Shown: positions 33,401 through 44,179, numbered from the whole stretch's first letter. The stretch: DNA of 63,969 nt, filler included, from Chrysochromulina tobinii (GCA_001275005.1; 11 parts of 11 records of this genome joined end to end with filler, not necessarily neighbours in it); one strand, 5' to 3'. The notes: generated from the letters alone by a model not told the origin. Translations and numbers: made by a program.

Positions 33401-36395
33401 GCCCATCAAATGGCATTCGGGCGACGAAGGTCGTCGCTTCGTCGCGTTGCGGAGTAGCAAGGGCTTTCGGATGTATGACTGGTGCGCGCGAGCCCAGCTC
33501 GTCCTCGTGCATGCAAGTGCTCACCACGGCGCCCCCCCACCCCTCTTCCCCACAGGTGCGAGGCCGAGCGCATGCGTTCCGAGCTCGAGCATGCAAGTGC
33601 TCACCACGGCGCCCCCCCACCCTCTTCCCCACAGGTGCGAGCCTTTCTCCCCCGTGAGCACGGGCGAGATCATCCTCAAGTGCCGCGCGCTCAATGACGC
33701 GACGGGCGCCTCGGGCGGCAGCGCTCGGCAGGACGGCAGTGCGCCCCTCTACCTGCGCCTCAACGTGTCCATGGTCGGACCACGCCGTCTGATTGCGCCT
33801 GAGTGCGTCTGATTGCGTCTGATTGCGTCTGATTGCGTCTGATTGCGTCTGATTGCGATGCATGCAGGTCGGTCCACGCCGGCTCCTGGTCCTCCGTCCC
33901 GCGCTCAACGTGCAGGGGCAGCTGCGCCTGCCGTACCGCGTGACGAATCGGACGCCGTATCTGCTCGCCTTTTGCCAGCGCGGCTCGGAGCAGCTGCAGG
34001 AGCACTGGGACCTGCTCGGTGCGGGCGAGGCATGCGAGTACACGTGGGACCGTCCGGGGGGCGACAGATGCCTCGCGGTCCTCGCGCGCGACGCGGCAGG
34101 GGCGTGGCACGGCGAGGCCAGCGTCACGTCCGCCGCCACGTGTGCGCCGTACTCGATTGAGAAGATCTCGGAGAAGCTCGCGCCGCTCAAGATCGTCAAG
34201 AGCCGTGCGCTTGGCGGCGCCGATGCGGTCGCACGCACGAAGAGCTATGGCGCTGCTCAACACGGCGCTGCTGGGGTCGAAGCCGCAGGAAGCATGAGGG
34301 TCAGCGCCGGTGCCGCGGCGGATAAAGTGCTTGGCAGCGCCGGTGCCGCGGCGGATAAAGTGCTTGGCAGCGCCGGTGCCGCGGCGGATAAAGTGCTCGG
34401 CAGCGCCGGTGCCGCGGCGGATAAAGTGCTTGGCAGCGCCGGTGCCGCGGCGGATAAAGTGCTTGGCAGCGCCGGTGCCGCGGCGGATAAAGTGCTCGGC
34501 AGCGCCGGTGCCGCGGCGGATAAAGTGCTTGGCAGCGCCGGTGCCGCGGCCGGCAGCGTGCTAGGCGACGCACGTGCTGCGGCCGGGAGCGTCCTCGGCA
34601 GCGCCAAGGCGGCGGCCGGCAACGTGCTCGACAGCGGCATGGGCGCGGCAGGCAACGTCCTCGAGCGCGCGGGCTCCGCGACGGGCAGCGTGCTGGGACG
34701 GGAGGGCTCCGCCAAGGAGGTCCTGGTCACACCGTCGGACAAGCTGTTCACACCGTCGGACAAGCCATCGCCAGTGGAACGGTACCAATCTGCTAAGGAA
34801 CTCCTGGCGGCCACTTCGCCGCCCCCCGACGAGACGGTCCTTCTGAGCGCGAGCTGCCTGCTCTGGGCGGGTGGCCAGTGCTGGGCCAAGGGCTGGCTCT
34901 GTGTCACGCAGAGCTCGCTCACGTTCCTGGCGTTTTCAGAGGCCCAGATGGCGGCAGCGCTCGCGGCCAATAGCGTCGCCGCCAAGGCGGCCCGCGAAGG
35001 GCCAGGTTCGTCAGGTTCGTCAGGTTCGTCCAAAAAGGCGAGCGCGGCCGACGCGACCGGCGCGGAGGCGCCGCTGCCCATCAGTGCGCTCCCGCTGCCG
35101 CTCGGGTCGATCCTCTCCATCAGCCCGGGCGTGCGGCCCGGACAGCTGCTGATCAAAGTGCGCGCTCCCGTCAGGGCCTCGGACGAGGGGGGCGGTGGTG
35201 CAGGGGAGGATGGCGGCGGCCGCGGCGCAGGAGGCGGCGTCGGCGTCGGTGGCGGCAGCAGTGGGGAAGTCAAGGGCAGCAGTGGGGTAGTCGAGCAAGC
35301 CATCGTGCTGGGCTCGCTGCGCACGGCGCAGAAGACGTTGCAGCGGCTGCTCGCGCTCATCGGCTCCCATCGCGCTGCCCAAACTGCCGTCGCAGCGATG
35401 GCCCGGGTGCGTCTGCAGATGGCGTCCGCCGCACGGGATCGACTCGCGCACGGGATCAAGGGGGTGCTCCAGAAAGTCAAGAGCCGGGCCCGTGAGGAGG
35501 GCGTCGTGGCGGGCGGCTCGGCGCCGACCGTGCAGACTCCTTCAGAGGGTCGTCCCGATGAGGAGAGAGCGCCCACCACGACGCGCGTGGATCGGCGCGC
35601 GGGCGTCGTCGTGGTGGGCGCGGGCTTGGACGTCTGTAACGGCTTCTACCGGTACGTGCCCGAGCGCGCGCGCTCAGCGGTGCTCAAGGCCCTCGCCTCC
35701 GGCAAGCCCCTCTTCCGCAACGCCGACGGCGCGTGCATTCACTGGAGCGACACCGACTGGACGCGCAAGAAGGGCTACCCCGCGGGCGTGGGTTGTTGGG
35801 GCGTGGGGTATGACGACCATCATCGGTACATGGCGCGCGGCGACTCGCTACTGCCGCCCGAGACCGGCTGGGTCGTGCGCTATGGGACCGCCGCCAGCGG
35901 GCCGCTCGGCGTCGCACCGGCACCGACCCTCGACCTTGCGCGTATGGTCGAGCTGCGTCTCGCATGGGCGAATGGTCGAGCGGACTCGCTCATCCAGGCT
36001 CAATCAGACGAGGGGTGCGCTCGCTGCTCCTCCAAATATCCCGTGACGGCCACTGATTGCCACTGATTGCCACTAATGGCCACTGATGGCCACTGATGGC
36101 CACTGATGGCCACCGATGGCCACTGATGGCCACTGATGGCCACTGATGGCCACTGATTGCCTATGATTGCAACTGATTGCCACTGATGGCTCCTCCAAAA
36201 TGTCCCGTGATGGCCTGCCTGATGACCTCTCTCATCAGGTACGCTCTACTCATCCAGAAGACTCATCGCGCGCGCCTTGCACGCCGCAAGCTCGCGGAGG
36301 CTGTGCGCCTCGCCAAGCAGCCAGCGAGCGCCGTGGCGAGCGCGACAGCGGCGGAGGCGGCGGCGGCGGCTCTCGCTGGAGGAGGCGCCGCCCCC
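21460..36395 (+). CDS. VPS13: VPS13-family lipid transfer protein, 16 exons seen, ~4,300 aa, 3'-truncated by the contig end
   Basis: Chorein_N (VLGKFV...[12 protein letters not shown]...IDRVYLL), [22 protein letters not shown]-type repeats (NRSSLPL, YRVTNRT, EYTWD). All 15 introns keep frame given one extra G at 31871-31879. Confidence 0.93.
22300..22415 (+). other. VPS13 intron 1 (116 nt): echo plus CTGATGACCT array plus CTCCCTCATCAG
   Basis: GTGGAGTTCAACCAAGC vs exon GTGGAGTTCGACCCAGC. Confidence 0.9.
22653..22807 (+). other. VPS13 intron 2 (155 nt): 20-nt echo plus CTGATGACCT array
   Basis: GTGCGCGCGGTCATCTCGAA is repeated after CATCAG. Confidence 0.9.
23822..23917 (+). other. VPS13 intron 3 (96 nt, in frame): echo, decayed acceptor, cassette A
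   Basis: GTGGCCATGCAACCGCTG echo; internal CCCTCATCAC; ends CCCCACAG. Confidence 0.85.
25485..25578 (+). other. VPS13 intron 4 (94 nt): diverged echo plus CTGATGTCCT array
   Basis: GTGACGCCGGC vs exon GCGACACCGAC; ends CATCATCAG; restores frame. Confidence 0.85.
26828..26902 (+). other. VPS13 intron 5 (75 nt, in frame): perfect 33-nt echo
   Basis: GTACGACTCGGAGATCTCGCTCGAGCTCGCGCC is identical at 26828 and 26903. Confidence 0.88.
28162..28401 (+). other. VPS13 intron 6 (240 nt): nested duplication with 10- and 11-nt arrays
   Basis: Splicing restores [11 protein letters not shown]; an internal second copy of exon end plus donor lies at ~28218-28250. Confidence 0.88.
28946..29146 (+). other. 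VPS13 intron 7 (201 nt): TTGATTACCA array, junction copy, cassette A
   Basis: Two layers of echo; restores [14 protein letters not shown]. Confidence 0.87.
29486..29626 (+). other. VPS13 intron 8 (141 nt, in frame): two tandem cassette A units
   Basis: GTACGC...CCCCACAG|GTAC; internal 65-nt duplication. Confidence 0.8.
29739..29930 (+). other. VPS13 intron 9 (192 nt): three CTGATTGCGT arrays, internal CAG|GT at 29869
   Basis: Contains copies of both flanking exons; restores ankyrin sequence LLRVRAEPN. Confidence 0.87.
31038..31120 (+). other. VPS13 intron 10 (83 nt): echo plus cassette A
   Basis: GTGGGCCTCCTCTGCTTCGA vs exon GCGGGCCTACTCTGCTTCGA. Confidence 0.88.
31331..31417 (+). other. 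VPS13 intron 11 (87 nt, in frame): echo plus cassette A
   Basis: GTGCCAGTCGAGATGGCGGCGC vs exon GTGCCAGTCGAGATGTCGGCGC. Confidence 0.85.
31598..31675 (+). other. VPS13 intron 12 (78 nt, in frame): echo plus cassette A
   Basis: GTGCACTGCCGCCACGCTGC vs exon GTGCATGCCGCCACGCTGC. Confidence 0.85.
33482..33634 (+). other. VPS13 intron 13 (153 nt, in frame): two complete cassette A units separated by CAG|GT at 33555
   Basis: Restores DWCEPFSP. Confidence 0.85.
33774..33867 (+). other. VPS13 intron 14 (94 nt): echo plus CTGATTGCGT array plus TGCATGCAG
   Basis: GTCGGACCACGCCG vs exon GTCGGTCCACGCCG. Confidence 0.9.
34303..34698 (+). repeat. Coding 33-nt tandem repeat (11-aa unit [11 protein letters not shown]): 7 near-perfect plus 5 diverged copies
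   Basis: Visible in DNA and in ORF 33853..36066. Confidence 0.92.
36015..36238 (+). other. VPS13 intron 15 (224 nt): diverged echo plus CTGATGGCCA array
   Basis: Ends CTCTCATCAG; restores [13 protein letters not shown]. Confidence 0.85.
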
Positions 36396-36495
36396 NNNNN
36401 NNNNNNNNNNNNNNNNNNNNNNNNNNNNNNNNNNNNNNNTTAATTAATTAANNNNNNNNNNNNNNNNNNNNNNNNNNNNNNNNNNNNNNNNNNNN

Positions 36496-39400
36496 GAGGG
36501 CGACGGCGGCGGGGGCAGCGGGTGCGAGGGAAGGAGTGGCGAGGGCGGCGGTCGCGGGGGCTGGCGCGGAGGGTGCAGCGGCAGCTCGGACGTCAGTGGC
36601 GAGAGTGGAGGCGGCGCCGTCGTGGGCAGCGCCGTCGTGGGCGGCGATGACGGCGGCAGGGGGGGCGAGGGCGGCGGCGGTGAAGGCGGTAGTAGCAGGA
36701 GGTGTGGCTGCGGCTCGGGCAGCGGTGACGAGGGCGGAGGTGGCGTCGTCGTGGGCGGCGGTGGCGGAGGCGTAGGATGCAGGGGCGACGGCGAGGGGGA
36801 CGGAAGCAGCAGTCGAGCCGATGGCGGGGGCGGTGAGGGCAGGGGCGGAGGCGGAGGCGGCAGAGGCTCGAGAGGCGGGGGCAGGAGCAGCAGCCGGTCT
36901 GACATCAGGGACGAGGGCTAGAGTGACAGCAAGCGCGGCGGCCAGGGCGGCGGCGGGGCTGGCACGGGAGGCGGGCTTACGTCGGACGCGGGAGGCACAG
37001 GATGCGTACACCCGGCCGATATATGTGGTCATGCGCCGACTCTCATTCCATACTCTCTCGTATATGACAAACCATACCTCCTCATACTGCCCACCTGGCC
37101 TGTCGTTTCTTACAGCGTCATCGACGTGCGGTAGCTCGCCGCCGTTCTCCTCCTCTGCACCACCACCGACATCACCTACTGCTCGAGCAGCATCCCCCAG
37201 GTTCGGGAGGGCGCCGCCATCCTTTACTGCTGTGCCATCCTCCAATCCAAGCTGTACCATCCGGGCAATGTGCGGTGCCGCATGCTGCTGTCGCGTGTCC
37301 GTACGTCCCTCCGCAGCCTCCTCCCCCCTTGCTCCTCCCATCTCCTCTCTCTCTCCGCTCCCTCTCTCTGTAGTCTCTCGACCCTCTCTCTCCGGCGTCT
37401 CGCGCAAGAGTCTGCTTCCCTCACTAAGGAGGACGAGCAGCTCTTGGGGGATCCGGTCGTGCCGCCCTCCCCGATCCGCCTCAGCGACCGGGGGAGTGCC
37501 CTCGCTCTGATTAGAGTTCGGCTGCGGGGGAGACAGATGGGCGATACAGATTGGGTGAGAGGGGTAGGAGGCGAGGCGAGGATCAGCGGCGAGGCCTGGC
37601 GGGAAGCGTGGCCGGGGTCGAAGCGTACCGCGGTCATCAGGCGCCATGCCCATGGTCCAGTCGTCAGCCTCGTCTGCCGCTGCGGGCAGGGGTGGCGATG
37701 GCGGCGGCTGCTGCTGCGAGAGCGGCTGCAGCGGCGGCTGCGAGGGCGGCTGCGGCGCCTGCAACGGCGGCTGCTCGGGCTGCTGCGGGTGCTGCTGCTG
37801 GCCGAGCTGCTGTTGCGATGCGAGCTGCTGTTGCTCCTGCACCATTGCGCTAGCGGCAGCGATCTGATCAGAGATGAGCCGATTCCGCTCGTCCTCTTGC
37901 TGCTGCAAGTACCGCTCCTGCTGCTGCAGCCGCAGCTGCTCGGCATGGTGAGTCAGGAACTGCTGGAACTGGATCTGCAGCTCCGACGGGTTAAGTCCGA
38001 TGGAGGCCGCCAGTGCCATGGTGTCCGCCGATCCCATGGCGGGAGATGCAGCAGGACCAATCGGAGCGGCGGGCCGGCTGGGCGGTGCTGAGGGCAGGCG
38101 AGTCGCAGCGGTAGACGAGCTGGTTGCGGCAGCAGGCGGGCGGGCAGGCACGGTCAAGCCAGCCGGGGCAGTCGGCGGTCTCGGGGGGCCTTGGATCAGC
38201 AGCGCACTGAGGCGCGGCCGGGTCGGGGCGATCTGGAGCGGGGCAGCGCCAAACTCCTCGATGGCCTCCGGGGCGGCGATGCCCTTGAGGATGCCGAAGT
38301 TGAGCAGCAGCTGCATCTCGTCCGCGGAGGCGGCGACGGTGAGCTTGGTACCTGGAAGGCGCGGCTTCCGCGGGTTCTGGATGCGCATAATCGCCTGGGC
38401 GGTGAGCTCGCAGACCTGGTCGTAGGTGTCAGCAGTGTAGTCGACCTCGAGGCAGTGGAGTCCAGCGTGGCGGGAGGCGATGTCAACCACCGACGTAAAG
38501 ACCATTGTTTCGGGGCTCGTGCAGAGCAAATCAGCAAAGTGTTGGATCACATACGGCTCCGAGTACAGCCCATCGCTGCCGCCCATGAGGTAGATCTTGT
38601 GGCGGAGCGCCTTCGGGTAGAAGTCGAAGATGGGTGTGCGCTCACCAAGGAGCTCGATGACCGCCTCGCCATCCATGTTGGCGACAACGCTCGCATGCTG
38701 CGCGTCCGTGAGCATGAAGGCAAAGATCGCGCAGTTCTTGTACTCGCGGTTGTTGTAGAAGATGGTGGTCTCGACGCCCAGCTGCGTGTATATCGCGGCC
38801 TGCACCTCGGCGAGGTGTACGGGGCGGCCCTGGAACTGCTTCTCGACCGCGACCGCGTAGTTGTACTCGTCGCTGGCCGCCACGGATACTAGGTACCCCG
38901 CCGACAGGCTCTTGAGCCACGACCGGAGGCGCGGCGACTCGTCGACCGAGGCGTTGACTATGATCTGCCCCGTCGCGCGGCCGCCATCTCTGGCGACCGT
39001 AAACGCCCGGTTGCCTCCGGGGAAGATGGCTGCAAAGCGAGTGGCTGGGTCGTCTCCGCCTTCGCGCGCATAGTTCTCCTCGCACGCCTGCCAGACCTCC
39101 ATGCGGAGGCACATGGCGGCGTGGCCTGCAGCTGCGGGCGACGCATTGGCGGGAATGATGCACGGGTTATGAGTCGCATCGGGTGCATCCGACTGGATCG
39201 GCGTGATCGTTAGTTTGGTGGTGACCACGTTGGCGGCCTTGCGCGGCGGCGCGTGCGCAATGAGCGTCTCCACGGTGGGAACCATGAACAGCTGCGTCAA
39301 GCGCGTTTGCACGCGGTCGAAATCCGCTGGAAGGACGCGAGTGTCTCCGCTCGCGCTCGACCGTTCGATGGCGCCATTCGCGTCGAGATGAAGAACCGCC

Positions 39401-39695
39401 GTCGACGAGGACGGCCTAGCCGCTGCCAGAGTCGCCCCCGCCGAAGATCCCGCTGACGATCTCGAAGGTGCCGACGCTGGCGCCGCCGATCCTGCCCCTG
39501 CCGATGCTCGAGCCGCTGGTGGTGGTGGTGGTGGTGCTGCTGCTGCCGAGACTGCAGTTGCTGCTGAGGCTGCAGTTGCCAATGCGGCCGTGCCCGTCGG
39601 GAGGTGCGTCGGCTGCCACCGCGCGATCGCTGCTCCTCCTCCCGCTGCCACTGCTGCTGGTGATGCTGCCGTCGCTGCTGCTCCTGCTGCTGCCC

Positions 39696-39738
<43 letters not shown>

Positions 39739-40266
39739 ATGCTGCTGCTGTTCCACATACTGATGGACCTGCTGCTGCTGCGCCGCCCACTGCTGCGGCG
39801 ACAGGAAGAGAGGCGGTGATGCGCCGTGCGCGGTCGGATCTGGGAACGCGTGCACGCCGGTCGATGCTGAGCGATTCCACGGAGCTGCTGCTGCTGCTGC
39901 TGCCGCAGCGCCCAGGATTCCATTGATCGTCGTCACAATCCCTGGCGACGTGCTCTGGGAAGGTGCTGCTTCTGCTGCTGCTGCTGCTGCCGTTGATGGT
40001 GCTCGAGTCGGACTCTTGCGCCAAGTTGCGGCCTCGGCGGACTCGCGCGCAGGTACTGCTGCGTTCGGGTCAGCGGCAGCCATTCGCGGGAAGAGCACGC
40101 CACTTCCATTTGTGGCAAGCGAGTCCGAAACTTCCATATAATCGGAAATATGCATCCTTTCAGGCTGCACCTCGCCGGGGAAGTCTGCCTGAATCGCAAG
40201 ATTTGGTGGTGTAGTAGAGGAGCTCGGTGCGAATGCAGGTGCACTAGAGCGGAGGGTTTGTTTCAT
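36496..40266 (-). CDS. Long intronless ORF of unknown function, Ala/Gln/Pro low-complexity flanks around a globular-looking core; possibly retroelement ORF1-like
   Basis: Open for >1,250 codons from the ATG at 40266; no recognised motif. Confidence 0.4.
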
Positions 40267-40530
40267 GATTTGAGTATGCTACGTCAGGCCGTGGGGTCTA
40301 CTCGGCTCCTGCCTTTCGAAGTCCCGTCGCCAACACTCAGAACTGCTGCTGCTGCTGTTCAACACAACGCGCACAACCTCCGGACCCCCAAGCACGAGGG
40401 CCTCTATCGCTATGGACGGAGGTGTGGCCGNNNNNNNNNNNNNNNNNNNNNNNNNNNNNNNNNNNNNNNNNNNNTTAATTAATTAANNNNNNNNNNNNNN
40501 NNNNNNNNNNNNNNNNNNNNNNNNNNNNNN

Positions 40531-43168
40531 GGCCGTGGAGGGATGGCGCCCGGGACGGCGCTCGGATGGCATGCCTCGAGCGGGCGAGGAGGGATGGCGC
40601 CCGGTACGGCGCTTTGGGCGCGCTTCCACATAGGGCTCGGTTTCCACGCGGGTGAGGCGCCGTCCCGGTAAGAGAGCTCGGGCGGCATCTGTGAGGGCCA
40701 ATCGGGCTCCGCACGTCCGCGAGCGCCGTCGCGGGCGCCGCGCCGGCCGCGGCCGCCGCCTGATGGCGAGATTGAATCTCCGAGCGAGATTTCATCTCCG
40801 AGCGAGATTGCATCTCGGTCAAAGGGCGAGTCGTCGGCGCACTCGCTTTGTCTGCTGCTACCCACTGCTACTGCCGCTGCCACTGGGGGCGGGCCCCACC
40901 CACCCCCCCACCCACCGCCCATCCCTCCACCGCCCATCCCGATCTCGTCGAACGAGATCGCGCCGCTGCTCTCGAGGTCGGGCCGCACGAGCTCGTCCTC
41001 GTCGTCCAACGGCTCAAACGGCTCCTCCTCCGCCGCCGACTCCGCGAGCTCATCGAGCTCGCGATCTCCCGCGAAGCCGGCCGTTTGACGAAGCCGACCA
41101 AACTCGCGCCAAAGGCTCACGAGCCACTCCTCCTTGCTCGCGTGCTGCGCCACGAAGCTGCGTTGCTCTTGGTTCAAGCCCATGCCGCCGCCCGCGACGA
41201 GCGCCGTATCGAGCGGCTGCGAGCCCGCGCCGCCGCCGTCGTCAGCCATCGCCATCGCCATCGCGTCGAACTTGGAGAGATCGACCTCAAACTTGAGCGG
41301 GAGCGCGTAGAGCACGGCGCGCGCCATCGACTCAGTCAGGTTGGCGAGGCCACCGAGCCGGAGGAGGTCATGCAGATGCATCGCGACGATGCGCTGGCAC
41401 GGGTAGCCCACGATCAGCGGTCATCAGCGGTCATCAAGGGTCATCAAGGGTCATCAAGGGTCATTACCTGGCACGGGTAGCCCACGATCGTCAGGATCGG
41501 ACTCGCCTCGAGCGTCGTAGCGAGTCGCGGATGGCAGCCGGCGCCGACCATGGACTTACGATGCATCCGATGCGCGAGCGGCGCCTGCGGCACGAGCGCG
41601 CGCCACCTCATATAGTCCGCCTCGCACGTGTGCCGCACGACCCCAGCGCTCGCCTCGAAAGAGTCAAGGCGAGCGCGCCTCTCGAGCAGCAGCAGCTGCG
41701 GCTTGGCCATGTGCCGAAACTCACTTCGACGACGACGGCACTCAAGGAGCACCAGCTGCTCCAAGAGCCGCGGCTTGAAGCGCAGCTCCGCCGCGGCAAG
41801 CTGCGCCTCGATACGCCGCCACGCGAGCCGCATGACGCCGTAGATGAGCCAATAATTACGGATCCAATCAGCCGCCGCGCGCGCGACCCTCAGCTGTTGG
41901 CGTGCCCTCTGACCGCGAGCCACCCAACAGATGAGGGCCGCCGCTTCGTCTCGTAGACGGTCCGCGTGGGAGTAGTAGACCTCGCACGTGTGCGAGTCCG
42001 TCGCGCTGGAGCTCGAGGCGCCGTTTGGGGCGCTCGACACGGCGAGTGCGCTCGGCACGGCGCTCGGCGGCGCGCTCCCGCGCAGACCCGGCGTCTGCAT
42101 GAAGGGCGACGCGTGCGACGCATTCGCCGCGTTGTTGGCCTCGAGTTTCGTCGTACGATGTGCCGAGTGTGAAGGTAGGGAGTGTGAAGGTAGGGAGTGT
42201 GAAGGTAGGGAGTGTGAAGGTACGGAGTGTGAAGGTACGGAGTGCCTCGGTAGCGTCGTCTCCGCCGCCGCCGCCTCCACCGCCGCCGCCTCCGCCGCCG
42301 CCGTCGCCGCCGCCTCCGCCGCCGCCGCCGCTGCGGGGCTGACCCTTGACACCGACACGGCGCCTCGGAAGATTAGCGCCTGCGATGGGAACTGCGTGTT
42401 TGCTTCCCATTGCGCCTTGGTCGCCTTCGCCTTCAGAACCCATGCTTGACGATCCGCCTCGGCTGTACCGGTAGCCGCACGCGCCCCCTCCTCCGCCTCC
42501 TCCGCCTTCACCTCCTTGGCCTCTGCATCGGCGTCGCGTTGGGTCTTGTCCTTGGCGACTGACGGGGCCGTCGCCTCCAGCAGCTCGGCTTCCCGCCGTT
42601 CGGCTTCCCGCCGCTCCGCCTCCGACCGTTGCGCTTCCCGCCGCTCCGCCTCCAGCCGCTCCAACGCCAGCCGCAGCCGTTCCACAGCCGCCTGGCGCTC
42701 CGCCTCTGCCAAGGCCACCTCTGCCATTGTCGGCGGCGGTGGCGGCGGCGGCGGTTCGAGCGGCGTTGAGGGTACCGACTGTGGGTGATCGAGCTCCTTT
42801 GGAACGAAGCCCAATGGCCGCCGCTCTGGTGCAGGCTGGGACTGCTGAAGGGCCTCAACCAATTGATGAGCACGTCGAATCTCTCGCTGGATTGCAAACA
42901 GCTCGTCCTCGTAGGGCAGCTTGGCCGCGTCCACCTCGCAAAAGCGGCACCATCGCTGCCAAACAGCAGCGAGCGACGTGCCAATGAATTTATCAATGAG
43001 ACGTTCAAGCAACCGGCTGTTGGCTTGGACGGCTCGAGATGATGGTGCCGCCGCGGCAATTGCTACTGTGTTGAGATCCTGCACGGCCTTGCGCAAGAAT
43101 GCATGCGCCTCCTCACTCGGGACCGGAGCCGCCTCACCATCTTTCAAGGTCGACTCGCTTGTGCCCAT
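40531..43168 (-). CDS. Hypothetical coiled-coil/low-complexity protein with IQ-like segments, 3'-truncated
   Basis: Exons 43168-41468 and 41393-40531 join in frame (GYPCQ|RIVAM). Confidence 0.6.
41394..41467 (-). other. Intron (74 nt): TTGATGACCC array plus perfect 22-nt upstream-exon echo
   Basis: GTAATGACCC...GATCGTGGGCTACCCGTGCCAG, identical to the preceding exon end. Confidence 0.9.
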
Positions 43169-43463
43169 TTGCCACAAACGCTCGCGGCGGCGCTAACTGT
43201 TCACGCGGCAGTCTGACCAATTATACAGGCACCGTCTTAAAAAGTAATACAGCCACATCTGTGGGTTCCATCGACCCTATGCCGCACCCAACTGAAGCTG
43301 TGGGCGCTGGCCGCCGGGCCTTACATGTACAGAGTACAATAGCTGGTCGAGTGGGCCTTCGCGTGTGTCGTGTTTGCGCCAATATTGATAATGTACATAC
43401 GGGTTTCCTTGCAGCTTGCTCCAGAAATGGTTCCATCCAATATTGATAAATTGTACATCCTTG

Positions 43464-44111
43464 TCATGCGGGAAGCAGCGTCGGCGTCGGCGCCTCTTCG
43501 AGGCGCTCGCTGCCACCTCGGTCATCATCCAGAGTGATCGACCACACAAACCAGCACCTCTCAAACCCGTCGCAGTCTCGCGGGTCACCCCCATCGAACG
43601 GGCTTTGCCGTGTGAGAGTGAAGAAGTAGTGACGGTTTAGGTCCATGGAGGTTCTCACCTTGACGCGGAACGTCCACTTTGGCAGTAGGCCTGGTTCGGG
43701 AGCAGGGTCACAAAGCGAGGCGACCACCTCGGACGAATGGTGGCCAAGCAGCCCAGGGCAGCTGCTCACAAGCACGGTCGCTACAGCCGAGTGGATTCGC
43801 TCCGGCTTCACTCTAGCATCGCGCAAGTCCATCCGGCAACCGTCCTCAAATATGAGCTTCCTCGCGCGCGAGAAGAGTCGATAGACGCACGGGATGTCGC
43901 CCATGCGGAGCGCCTGAAGCTGCGACTCGAGCACCTCAGAGGGAGGAGTCTCTATCGTGGGGAACCTTTGCGGCAGCATCAACGATTGCGGTTGCACCTC
44001 CTCACCACCTTGCATGTAGCAGCGAAAATGCGAAGAGGTCCCTCGCAGGGGCTGCCCGAGCTGAAAGGCTTGAGGCGACCACGCCAGTGTCACCACCAAG
44101 GCAGCCGCCAT
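43464..44111 (-). CDS. Probable plastid-targeted protein, possibly DUF4864/NTF2-like
   Basis: Signal peptide followed by AF (SPQA-FQL) and a transit-like segment; PSEVLESQLQAL...CWFVWSI pattern. Confidence 0.55.
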   Translation of the reverse strand: MAAALVVTLAWSPQAFQLGQPLRGTSSHFRCYMQGGEEVQPQSLMLPQRFPTIETPPSEVLESQLQALRMGDIPCVYRLFSRARKLIFEDGCRMDLRDARVKPERIHSAVATVLVSSCPGLLGHHSSEVVASLCDPAPEPGLLPKWTFRVKVRTSMDLNRHYFFTLTRQSPFDGGDPRDCDGFERCWFVWSITLDDDRGGSERLEEAPTPTLLPA

Positions 44112-44179
44112 GTTCCAACCGCGCGCGACTCGTTGTTGACAATTCGGATCCCAAGTCATCCAAATCCCCTGTGGCTGTG

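Noticed and set aside
1912..36238. Classical Introner/MITE or group II intron identity for the introns
   Set aside because: No terminal inverted repeats, no fixed-length target duplication, no similarity across the full intron length, no domain V or maturase.
39520..39995. Poly-Gln or poly-Leu proteins from (CAG/CTG)n tracts
   Set aside because: These are alternative frames of the low-complexity part of ORF 36496-40266.
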